Shown here: piece by piece, positions 13,320-25,616 of the stretch
How the letters are laid out: each line of letters opens with the position of its first letter
Numbering within the stretch: the first letter of the stretch is position 1
NCBI GenBank assembly: GCA_950097015.1
Contig: CATNEN010000003.1
Coordinates: 8,680,001 to 8,744,000, forward strand
DNA: 64,000 nucleotides
Source of the DNA: Macrostomum hystrix
Lineage: Eukaryota > Animalia > Platyhelminthes
Direction: 5' to 3'
Made by a program: the position numbers and the translations under genes
The notes under the pieces: model-generated
Told to the model about the DNA's origin: nothing
The model's database searches: none
What the model saw: only the letters and a program-made list of their open reading frames with translations

Positions 13320-14022
13320 CTTCGGATTCTTCTAGTATGCCTGAAAAAGGCGTTCAGGCAAAATATTTTCTTTGGTATTGATAGAACTAAAGAAATTACA
13401 CCAAGCCCACTTGGGTTCAGAGCCCTCACGTGCTCTTTCTACTGTTAATCGTCTTGCTCAAGGACACCAATTGCTTACTTTGAATGCGATTCGAGCTGCG
13501 ACCTCTAGATCAGAGAGAGCTAAGAATTCACAGAAGCATAATTTTAGTTTGTTTTTTTAGAAGGGAAACATTTCTCAACTCCTGTATTTTATAGACTCAA
13601 GCTAATCAATGTTTGGTGGATTAATTCGAAAAATACGAGTATCATAAAAATCAATACTCAAGAGTATAAATTTGTGAAAAAGTAGAGCGAATGCAAAATA
13701 AAAATAGCTTGTCGAGTTGTGCATTGATCTAGCACAATGCAAGTATACTGAAGTAATGAAAGACTATTGTTAGAAATGTATATAACTTGGTTTTTCGAGT
13801 GTGTTAAACGTTGCTAGGTGTAAGAAATTCAGAAAATGTGACGACGTGAGATCAGAAAATGAGTGCAGCCGCTTAGTGAGTTAAATAATTGGCTTAAAAT
13901 AAAAAAAGTAAATAAATAAGCAATCTACCTTCAGGTATGTCAGCATCTTTCGATGTGGCCTTTTCTGAAATAATACATGCCACACCATATTGACATAACT
14001 AAAAAATATTATTTTTTTATTA

Positions 14023-14286
14023 CACCTGCCCGAATTGGGCCAGATGTGCAGCCGACAGCACAGCCGCAGCTATTGCGCGGCACATCTGAAGGCTGCGTAC
14101 GACTGTTCAGTCCATGGACTGGATGGACACCACAGCACTCACCCTTAATTACCCCAGCTAATAGCTAAAACTGAAGCAATTCAGAGCTATGTGTCTTGCT
14201 AAAGGACACAAGTAGTTCCGGTTGGAGTCGGGAATCGAACTCCCGACCTTCGAGTCATGAATCTGAAGCGCTAGCCACTAGGCTAC
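14023..14286 (-). mobile_element. tRNA-derived SINE, family A, second copy
   Basis: Shares body and tRNA-like head (ggagtcgggaatcgaac) with 9107-9380. Confidence 0.75.
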
Positions 14287-17200
14287 TACAACCCCTCATC
14301 CCCCAACGGATGACCAACGCCTGCCCGAGATCTCCCAAATATCTGGCGTGTTCCCAAATCCTCGACGGTAACCACATTATGGCACATAGCGACACCCTCT
14401 ACAAGACAACGAATTAAACTTCATTAAAAAAATACTTGCAGTGCCAATAGTCTTGGTCAAATATCACATTTTGCTTAAACGTCCAGTGAGGCCAGAAATG
14501 AGACGTGAGTCTATAGAAGTGAGACGTATAGTTCCTAATCATCCAAGCATTCGTTACTTTTAATCTAAAACTTTGACACCGCCTATCTATTATTTCAATA
14601 ATAGATATAGTAAACTTTATTATTTAAACGATGGCATAGGTAAAACATATATAGACTCACTGTGAATGACAATAGAATGCCTCCTGTGACTGTTATTTCC
14701 ATTGTTAGTATGATGCAGCTTGGAGGAGGAAGAATGCATCCTCAATCATTACAAATTTCGTCGGGTCCAGGGAATCAGAAAATGCGCTATAGATTCGGTT
14801 AATCCTCCTTTGTTTTATTTGCCTATACTCAGCTGATTTTCTGCTACTATAATGCAGCATCAGCAGCAGCTACAATACCTCAGCTATATACTTGCATGGG
14901 CGTGACAAAGCTAGCAGCTCCCTTTAGAAATGCCACTCCCCTACCTCGACGGGTTGGCAAACAAAATTTCGACGCTTGCTAAGTCTCCACGCCACACGGC
15001 GACAATTACCTGTAGCTATATTAGATCCCCATTGGCAACCAAACAAAAGAGAGAAGACTCCGCCATGAGGGGCTAAGGGGAGAGAGCCGAAAGACAAGGA
15101 GAGAGTCCTGAGAATGCCTATTCAGTGCTCAGTCTCTAGAAGCAGCATTTGAGTTTGATTGGATTGCTGTTGTAGCAATGATTCATTAACTGTACAATTA
15201 GTTACATTAACTGTACAATTGTGCGTGATAATCAGCGTTTTGCATCTTATTTCGGTCGTGTTTTTTACTGTTATTTTAATCTAGAGTCATCCCGAATAAT
15301 CTACTCAGTTGAGAGGCGTGTTTGCCTCGAGGCCTTAGAGACACTTCATTTCAAATTCTATTAATCTAATCCTGTGTTTGCTCACTTGAGTTGTTCTCTC
15401 TGAATTGCTTTCTCGAGAGGTTAGTTTAGAATAACAATGAGAGACTATGGAATGCATGCATGCATTCATGCAACAAGATAGAACTACATGAAAGAGAAAC
15501 ATGGAGTTGACTATAGGTAAACACTTCATAGGCTGTCTGTATTATACTATCAGTGTGTCTATTCTGTAGAGTTTCTGTCCGCAAATTTTTTTTCTGCTGC
15601 TTTGCAGTTTAAAACACAAAGCTATATACGCATAAAGGATTGCTCATCGACCAAAATTCTCAAGCATGATGACGGCTTGGAAGATCACCTATAATCATCT
15701 ATCGTCGAATCGTCATAATCTTGCACCAAAGTCACTGCATGACCTTGAATTCAAAGCAATCGCAGGAAATAATACCTGGATGGGGGGCTTAATTGTCTAG
15801 CAATACGCCCACAATTAGTAGGCCGACCAACAAGTATACTGGCTTAACAATGAGATAGTCAGGGCAGATGGTACACAAACATGCATCACACGTGTAGGCC
15901 TACGATCGTATTTGAACAACAAAGTACTTTTGTGACGTTGTCTCTCTAATTTAATGTAATTTTAATATGCTATTTCTAATTCAGTGCATTATTTTCGTTA
16001 GCTATATTTGTTAGGGATATTTCTTCGGTTTTCCATATATATTTATAATGAATTTGCTTTAGTATACTATATAGTCGTATTCAAATGTTCTAATTAGGCC
16101 TTTCCAGGAAGACTCTCTCTCCCCCCCGTGCCTGGTTCTGGTTCTACGACTGAGTGCTGGCTATTATTTAAGTGTGGCTAATTTCAACTGTAGCCGTAAC
16201 TGCTTTCAAGTGAATCTTGATTCATCTAACATATCTCTAAGTCATATAGCCAGCATTCACCGTTAAGCGATCTCGTTATTTGAAGACCCAATTTACTGCC
16301 GAATAATAATTTACCTTACTGCTATTCAAATAGACCGAACCGCTACGCCTATACATTGGGACCGAAACTTCGTCATACTTTCATCTAAATTCCAGGTATA
16401 AACATGCAAACCTAATGATGTCACCATTCATCGCATAGCAGGGCTAGTGAATGATATATTTTTATTAATTTTTATTCAAGGATTAAGAAATGTTGCAATC
16501 TCAGTTTAGGACAATAACAGCTGTCTTACTGGCTGCATTTCGACCCGTCATGATCGATGAGCGACGACCGGGTCCCATTAGCGAGCTCTTCCTGGCAAAC
16601 GACATGCTGGCCATAGATGTCTTACGCCCCAATGAACTTGGAGCTGCCGAATGTTGAGGCATTTCTGTTGATTCTTAGTTCGCCGAACTATAAGTCCTGA
16701 TTGACTCCCACTGCACAAGCTGGTTTAGTGCAAGTATAGAGACTCAAAACTCTTTCTCCCTTTTTATATCGACAAAACTGAGAGCTGCATACTGTCTCCC
16801 ACTGCACCGTCATGCAACGCACGGATAGCAAACTCTTTTGTTGATCACAAAATATTCATAGCTCCCTATAGGTGTGCATTCAGAAATCGTTAGGATTTAT
16901 AGCTCAGACAGCTATTAGACTGCATCAGAAGGAGAAGAGAGCAGAATGTTTCAATTGAGAATATACTCATCAAAGCACACAGAATGCGTTAGCTACCAAC
17001 CCATGAACTGACAGCGGAATTTAATTACTGACCATTGACGCCTCTTATAAAAATTGCTTAAACTTATAAATTTATAATGCATTGATGGGTCTTAGATAAA
17101 CCAAATGCTTCAATTTATGGCGGCCCTTATAGCTGAATTGTTTAAATTTGTAAAAAGTATTTCATTACTTATTTATAATATATTTATATATTGTTAACTG

Positions 17201-19969
17201 CAGGGCACATTTACATCCATTCAGACCGAACTGTCATGTATTTTACCTCGCCTTGACGACGATGATGATGACACGGCAGACCGAGAACGAACTGACGATG
17301 TGCCACTAGTAGAAACTGCACGAGGAACTGTGAGATACTGCGGCTGCAGTTGCTGCTGCTGATCATGATGACTATGTTTCATTCCAAAGATTACACTCTA
17401 TTTGGTGAGAAGAAAAACTGAGAGCTTTGGTTCTCTCGATTTAGTTTTTTTTCTTTAGCGCGACTAAAATTAAAGGCGTCACATCGCGTAGAAATAAGAA
17501 GAAGTATTCCTAAAAGGGCAGGTAAAAAACGGGCAGCCAATGCAATACACGTACGTGAGCCAGCTGTATACATGTATGCCACAAGAGCTATAATATAGGA
17601 GGCCGCATTTGGCAGTCCCCTGCAAGCGGATCAATATTTGAACAGGGAAAGTTGTATGCACTGCAATTGCTCACTTGTATTATATTGTTCCACTGTAGCT
17701 CTGGTTTGGCTGTTAACATATACACCTCTCAGAAAGAAATTGAGACTTGTTGCTCATGCATCCGTTTACCCATACTACAGTTGAGCCTCTTTAACTCCAA
17801 TTATGCAATTCAATACGCTTAGGCAAAATACTACAAAAGCGCGCGCGGTAAACTTGGTGCGCAAATTTTACCTGAAATTTAAATTAAAAAAGCGCTCAGT
17901 TTATTGATTTTAACAAGGCAGGATCGAACGGCCGTTATGAATGAGAGTAATTAAACTTGAGAGGGCTGCATGGGTGAGTTTTAATTGACTGCTGCTAATT
18001 AGAGTGAAGACATTTTTAGATGGACCTATGAACTGACTTTGGCACTAGCCCTACATTAACAAATTGGATGTTAAGTGTTCTCACGGCATGGTTTTATGAG
18101 CTAAAATAGAGTTTCTTAAATTTTCTCCAATTCTCTGGAGAAGGAAATTTGTAGGTTTGTAAGGTATTTAAGGCTGAAGGAATGCTTACTTTTCTTTTAT
18201 AGCTCACAAAAACAAGGTCATTCCGGGCTACAACTCGAACCTTCCTCTGGATCAGATTCAGGGCACGAAAGTTATGATTCATTATTATACTCGTATATTT
18301 ACACACCACAGCTGCATTCAGTTAATTTTCGTACACGATTCTTAGATGGGAGAGAGAGCTGGTTAGAGCTTGGGTTTGGGTACGAGGGCATGCAAGATCC
18401 TGTAGTGTTCTTATAGTTCTGATCTATTAATCCCAATTAACAGTTCTAATCCGTGTGGGATTGGGGATTGGAGACTAATATAAATGGGAATTATAACTGG
18501 TGCAGATTATCGGGACTTCAAAATTGAGGTAAATATTAGAAACACTATATTTGAAGCAAAATTACAGGTAATTATTAATTTCAGTTTAAGTTAATCTTAG
18601 GATTTTATCAAGCCAACAATTAAAATTGTACTAAGCTGGGCTTCTAGAATACGCTCGTAGAATGAAATCATCACGTGTGTGATTCATAATGGAACGTACT
18701 CACTGACACTGTCTTGACCCTGCATGCTGATCACTGTGCTATCCTTTTGGAAATCATATGTGCATTATCGGAGGGTGGAGGGTCGGTTGCGGGGATTCGG
18801 TATTTGAGTGAATTGGGCAACAAGTGGGTACGTGGTAAGCACATTATTTATTAGTATTTGAGGAAATAGAATGAATCTTTTAAAGTAAAATATTGAAGAG
18901 AATGAACTATAACCCTATTAAAAATACGACAGCTGGCAAAAAAGCAAGATTGGCGCGTTCGAGAAAAGCGGTGCAAATACTCGTATATATAATATTTTAG
19001 CATATTTGCCTTAAGCATTGTTTATTCAATATCTTGCTTTAAAGATCTGAATTTGTCCAATCAGATAAAGAAAAACATTTAAAATTAAGAAAACCGTTAA
19101 CGTGGGAAATCGTACAGTTTATAGATCGGCAAATACAAAAATTAGGAGATTTACTCTAAGCGAAATCATTATTTAAAGCTTTTCAACAAGTTTTTGTGTG
19201 ACCCTGATTCTGTGAAGCGAAATTATTGATGTTAAGACAGGGATTTTGTTAGAACAGTGTGCTTTGCATTCCATAATTTAAATTCCCTCCTGACATGCCA
19301 CGGATGTGTGACACAGCCCTGTTGTTTTTTCTGCCCAAAATGTGGATGCCAGCTTGCATCTCAAGCTTAAAAATTGGATGCAAATATGAAAACCAGAATG
19401 CAACTTGCAACTAGGTCTAAATTAGCTAATTTGGATGAATTTGGATTAGCTAATTTGAAAGCCCAGCTTTCAAAATGTTGAAAGGGGGGGTCTGGTCAAG
19501 GCAAAGGGGTGTCTGGTCCAGCCAAGCCCCAGCCAAGGCCCCAGCAAGACCAAAACGGACCTCTGTTGTACGTGTATTCTAAATCGGTGCGAGTTTTCCC
19601 CAGAGACGACGACCCTAATTGGGATAGCCTTTATAAAATGTTCTATATTTAGAAATACACTACGGAGATCAAAAAAAGGTCATTCGGTTTTTTGCGCGCT
19701 ACTATTTACAGCCATAGACGTGTGCAAGAAATACACTAAGGAGATAAAAAATGTCTTTTCAGCTACGCATGCGCCTGCTGTAAGTAGTAGCTATAGCAGT
19801 GCAGAAACTGGCTAGTCAGTGAGTTGCAGCTAGAAGAAGCTGCAAATTTGGATTTCGGCTTTGGTTTTTGGCTTTGGATGCTTCAGTTTCTTCGAACTGA
19901 TCTCAACTGAAAAGCACTCTGGTACCATTTATTGACGTGTAACTTTCGCGAAAACATAGTTGGCGGATA

Positions 19970-20582
19970 GTGAAAGCGAGGGAGAGTGAAGAGAGGATCA
20001 AATCGAAGGAAGGGGAGGAAAGCAAAAGTAGGTTGACTGCACAGATTGTAGATTTGTACTGATGTGTTACTTTCGCGAAAAAATGTTTGGAGGATAGTAT
20101 ACAGGAGGAAAGTGAAAGCGAGGGAGAGTGAAGAGAGGATCAGGATCATCAGATCCTGAATCAGAATCCAGAATCCTGAATCCAGAATCATCAGATTAAA
20201 GGAAGGGGATCAGGAAAGCGAAGGTATAGGGGAGGAAGCTAGGACAGAGTGAAGGGAGGATATGCAGAGAGTCAGACACCACCACCTACCCAACCACCTG
20301 CACTCTGCATCCACCCACCCAAATTCGTACGACTGGTTCATTGTAATTATTAATTCATTGTACTGATCGATGTCTTACTTTCGAGAAAACATATTTGGAG
20401 GATAGTACAGGAGGAAAGTGAAAGCGAGGGAGAGTGAAGAGAGGATCATCAGATTAAAGGAAGGGGATCAGGAAAGCGAAGGTATAGGGGAGGAAGCTAG
20501 GACAGAGTGAAGGGAGGATATGAGAGTGAGACACCATGCACCACCTACCCAACCTGCACCTGCACTCTGCATCCACCCACCC
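19970..20582. repeat. Purine-rich direct repeats (two ~250-300-bp copies plus a partial third)
   Basis: gtgaaagcgagggagagtgaagagaggatca at ~19970, ~20112 and ~20418; ttaaaggaaggggatcaggaaagcgaaggtataggggagg occurs twice. Confidence 0.85.
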
Positions 20583-20729
20583 AACACCACACACCACACC
20601 ACACCACACACCACACCACACCACACACCACACCACACCACACACCACCCACCCAACACCACACACCACACCACACCACACACCACACCACACACCACAC
20701 CACACCACACACCACACCACACCACACCC
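20575..20729. repeat. (CACAC)n-type microsatellite
   Basis: Seen directly. Confidence 0.95.
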
Positions 20730-20750
20730 TGCAGCAGCACTCCAATTATA

Positions 20751-21350
20751 AGAGTTTATGGACTTAGAGAATTTACAATCAGTAAATTCTCGACCGTCCC
20801 AAGTTTTAAATAGTGTAGTGGGATCGGGGCGGGATAGAGGGAGCCAGTTAGTATATACTCTAAAGAAAGGTGCGCGCACTGTATTTTCCCGCCGTGTATA
20901 TGCGGCCTCGCTAGTTGACGTCAGCATATAGGATAGCTGCTACTCCACGGAAAAACCGCGCAGGCGCACCTTTCTTAAGAGTATAGACGCGGCTCGTGTG
21001 TGTATTCAAGTGGCAGCCATGTAAGTCTATGGGACACGCAAGTCAGTATATACTCTTAAGAAAGGTGCGCCTGCGCGGTTTTTCCGTGGAGTAGCAGCTT
21101 TGCTAAAAATAGAATCGCCCGGGGTTTCCCCGTTCAGCGGCAAGCTAGCAAGCCAGCCCGGCTATACTAGCCCCCATATGCCGACGACGTCGAGTAGCGA
21201 AAAAACAGCTCGCGCACCTTTCTTAAGAGTATATATATATACCTGCCTGTATGGCATTTACTACTCCACCAGCCACACCAACTAAAAGCTCTGGGGACGG
21301 TCGAAAATTTTATCACTGACATGATAAAATTCTCTAAGTCCGTAAACTCT
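20751..21350. repeat. Nested imperfect palindrome with a perfect 51-bp inverted repeat core
   Basis: 20935-20985 is the exact reverse complement of 21049-21099; outer arms 20852-20876/21211-21235 and ~20751-20807/~21283-21350. Confidence 0.9.
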
Positions 21351-21722
21351 AGTTTATATGGAATTACGGATGTCAGAGGGCTATATGCGATGGAGGTCGA
21401 TTCGTAAACTGACTTGGCTGTGAATAGACTCAAATGCTGGTATTTTCGCGAAAAGTGTATTTATTGTCTATGCATATTCAGGAATTAAAGTATTTTCGCA
21501 AAAATACTGATATGTTTCCAAAACAAAGGTAAGGGTAGTATTTTTGCAAAACGTTCCTGAACTACTACTCTCTATATTCGCTGAATAAATATTATCAGTC
21601 TGTTAGAAAAAAAAATTGTATTAGTGATCAAGATTTCACCATTTGCAGACAAACGTCATTAAAACTCGAACATGCGAAAGAAAATAAATATAAATAGCCA
21701 GATAACACACTATTTGATTGTT

Positions 21723-21796
21723 AGTGATCTGGCGTGCAGGTCTAAGGCATTTCTCTCTAATACCAGTGGCCCGGGTTCGAATCCCAGTCAGCCCTA
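21723..21796 (+). ncRNA. tRNA-like (Pol III A/B box) sequence, degenerate cloverleaf
   Basis: TGGCGTGCAGGTCTAAGGC (A-box/D-arm-like), GGGTTCGAATCCC (B box/T-arm), followed by T runs. Confidence 0.5.
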
Positions 21797-22504
21797 CGTT
21801 TTAATTTTTAATTAAAAAAGCAGCTAACATTTTACTATCAATGAAAATTAAAATTTTTATTTTTTATATTCGAATCCCCACTTTTTGTGGATCCCCATTA
21901 TTATTAACGTACTTTTGCTCAAATAGGGCAGTTACTTTCTTTTGATAATGCCTTTACTTTCATTTGGGACACATGTCTTTTAGCGAAAATTTTTCAGACG
22001 AAGTGTCTTGTCTTTTTACTGCCGTACTTATGCAAATAAATCTGAGATTGTGTGGCTACAGCAGCCGGTATATATTCGCGAAAGTACAAATGTGTCTTCA
22101 AACAATATTAAATGTATAGTTGCGCAATAGTACTTGAAGTAGTGCTGCTTGCACCTGAAGTAGTAAAGTATACTGCGAAAGTAATTGAATTAACATGGCT
22201 AGTCTATATACTTGTGATAGTTTAGATGGTATTTTCGCGAAATTAGACATAGACATTTCATCGATTAGTATCTGCGCAGTGGCAAAATTTTTTTTGCTGA
22301 ATAATATTCATACATGAATTTTCGCGAAAAAGTTTGGTCTATAGCCAGACCTAGAACCACAGTCCAGTACAGTCGCAAAAGTGAGCTATCTAAGACGGAG
22401 CGCGGTTAACAGATACTTTGTGACCGACTGACTGACTGACTGACCGAGCCGAGCGATCAACCACATTTACGAGTTAATTTCTACGCCTCGACTTCAAGTT
22501 TGAA

Positions 22505-22767
22505 ATGTCAGCATTTCGTGGCCGTGGAAAGAAGGCTCGTGTGGATGCCAGCATTGCTACACCGGATGCTAATGGTCTACGCCAGACTATGATCGTGGAC
22601 TACTTTAGATCTCAGCAGTCAACCGATCGTCCTACTGGCAACTCAATTAGACCGAGTGGGCAAGCAGCATCGGCATCATTCGCAGCACTGGCAGGAACGG
22701 CTGGTCGGGCATCGGCTGCCTTCAATGTTCCCCGCCGTGCAGCAGTAGTACAGCAGCAACAGCAACC

Positions 22768-22804
<37 letters not shown>

Positions 22805-25161
22805 ACTGTTATTACAACCGCAGTTCAGAAGCGTCGACGTGTCCGATCGACTCTACGCAAGCGGACGCGTGTAGTTGTCGACTTGGATGCTTCGTCTAGC
22901 AATTCATCGTCGTCTGATGCTGAAGACACTGGCGTTGGATCTCTAGTAGCCATGCGACAGCCTCTGGTTATTGCTGCCCAACCAATTTGTGGCGCCGGCG
23001 ACCATGCTGATCGCATAGAGTCCACGCCTAAAGTGCTATCATCTGAAGATGAATCAGCGGACGACTTGCTAGCAGACGACGTACAGCTGGAGATTGTGGA
23101 CGAGTGGACGAGCAATACAGACAATGTAGAGTCGAATACTGCCCCTGTTTTGACGGCTTCTAATAGTTCAGCCTTGTCATCGCAGCTAGTCGATGATAAG
23201 TACAAAACAGAGGTGGCAGAATTATTGCGCGTAAATGGCGAGTCTACTATTCCTAAAAATAGTGCCGCACTTGGTGCCTGTCCGACTTCGCCAGATTATG
23301 CGCCTCGCTCTACACCGGCAATGTCTGTCATCGAGAATGGGACAATATCCGATGATGATGAACCAGCTCTCGCAGTATTTTCTCCAGCGTATGTCGACGC
23401 TTTTGAATCAACAGCGCAACAGTCGGGACGACGGCAGCAATCGCAGCAGCAGCATCATCAGCGAGATCAACAACCGCAGCAGCGGCAACAGCAGCAGCAG
23501 CAAGTTGGTGGCGTGGCATTTGCTCCGATAGCCGATGAATATGCGTTGTGTCGTTCGACATCACCACTTCTACGGCTATGTCCTCGAGCTCCAATTACCG
23601 ACTACGCCTCTTTAACAGCAGAGGGCAGGTCGGTTCTTATGACTAGAAGGACGCTACATCTTATAGAGATTGCATTCATCTCGAGCGATGTGGAAAAATT
23701 CAAGGCTTTTCTAGAAGATGAATTGGTAGCTCCATGTGCACAGTTTGCCATCGGCGCAACATCATGTATTCAGGTTGACATGCTGACCAGCGAAGAAATC
23801 CGAGCGCGTCGTCAGCAGAAATACAACATGTCAATCCGTGAATGTTTAGGAGCTCCGAATCATCCCAATGGTTTGCTGATGTTCCTGAACCTGCGCCAAC
23901 CAGAAGATGGTTACACTGTTTACTGCGGACTGCATGCCCTTTTGATGGAATCTGCGGAAGCTTCGGCCTACCTGCATCCTACAATGTGTAGAATGACAGT
24001 GTCTGGTGTACGCAGTGCGTCAAGTGCAATTAAGCTAGTTACCAGTACGGACGAGTTTCCAGCTCTTTTCCGCGTTTCTACTCAAGAGTGCAGCTTGCTG
24101 ACCAAGGCCTTTTGCTGGGTTGCTGCTCATGAGACGTCATCTACTGAGCCTTTGCTAGATAGTGGCTTCATGTTCGAACACTTTCGTGTCAGACAAGAGC
24201 TCAGCGATTACTTTAAGGTGACTCAGATGAAACGCGTAATAGCAACAGAGGTGCTAGCTGGTTGCCAAAACTGTCGCCCTACTGCCGCTGCCGCCGCCGC
24301 CGCTGCTGATGATGCTGCAACAGCCGACTATGCGAGGACGACCTTGCCTACTCAGCTGGAGGTATGCAAAATATTATAATACATGACATTTTTTAGCACA
24401 CGTACGAGTATTGATCATTGAATTTTTGCTGTTGTTTTAATTCAAATAATTATTACTTTTGGACAATTAATTAATTAATTGTATGCGAACCTACCTAACA
24501 ACACAACACCATCCAACAGGTCTCTGCTGCTGCTGATGTTGCTGCTTCCGCTGCTACTGCTGTTCAAGTATTTGATGCCGCCGTCGCTCATGTTCCCCGG
24601 CTGATCGCCGCCGCCACCAACGTGTGCCCAACTGTAAAGGCTGTGTGCAGCGCGTTGCAATTGCCAACTGGTGTCGTCTATCTATATGGCCCGTCTGGCG
24701 TTGGGAAGACCCACTCTGTGCAAAGCCATCTCGGTTCTACGAAAGTGCTGAATATCCAGGTGCAGAAGCGGTCTAACACGTTTATGTTTGACAAGCTCTG
24801 CGAGACTATACACACTGCCATGTTTATTGACGAGCTACGCCCGCAACTGTTTGATGACACATCTGAAGTCATGTGCACACTACTTCGTTTGGTCAATGGA
24901 GACACTTTTGAAGTCAATGCTAAATACAAGGCTATTCGACACGTCTCTTGGCTCAATCGACTGTTAGTGCTTGCTGGGCATGCTCCGGTCAGTGCGTATT
25001 CGATGGACTTTCAGCGCCGATTAGAACCGACACCTGATGGGCACAAGCGTCCGGTAGTTGCCATCTTCATTGGTCATTCCCTCAGTGCCGACTACCAATG
25101 CGATGGACAATGCCACCCAATACGCAATGTGTTTGGCGATCACCCGGACCGGCGAGTATGA
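22505..25161 (+). CDS. Rep-like protein with C-terminal superfamily 3 helicase; exons 22505-24361 and 24520-25161 (~832 aa)
   Basis: Donor GAG|GTATGC at 24361/24362, CTAAC branch-like site, acceptor AACAG|G at 24519/24520; the join is in frame. Walker A GPSGVGKT, Walker B MFIDE, B' LLRLVNGDTFEVNAKYK, Arg-finger-like FQRRL. Confidence 0.85.
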
Positions 25162-25616
25162 GCGACAAGACGGTGCTGTTAGCAGGTTTTTTTTACACCA
25201 AACTGCCTGCATGCTGCTATTTTATCGACTATATTTTTACTCGGTCCTTCAGTCAGTCTTTCAGCTGTTTTTTTATATTTTTTACTGTTTCATACTGTTT
25301 TTGTATGCAATTTTATAATTAGTCATAAAAATAAAATGAATTTATATGCTCAGTTTTGAGCTTTTATTGTTGTGAAGTAGGTAATTGCTACTTCTGTTGC
25401 AAAAAAATCATATTTCTTGCTAATTGTAGTCAATTGACTGATTAATGAAGCCCAACACGAATACAATAAATGTATTGAGCGTTTGCATGCATAAAAATAC
25501 AAACAATAGTTACGATAATCAGTAAATTTATAATATAACTGCATAATGAATCCATAAAATTCATTTATAGGTGTTATCGCGAAAAAAAATAACGACTTCT
25601 AAACCGAAAGTAAATA

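Noticed and set aside
20454-20927. His/Thr/Pro- and Cys/Val/Trp-rich ORFs
   Set aside because: Translations of the CACAC microsatellite.
21723-21796. Functional tRNA gene
   Set aside because: Acceptor and anticodon stems pair poorly, and the inverted copies have an internal T run; kept only as tRNA-like.
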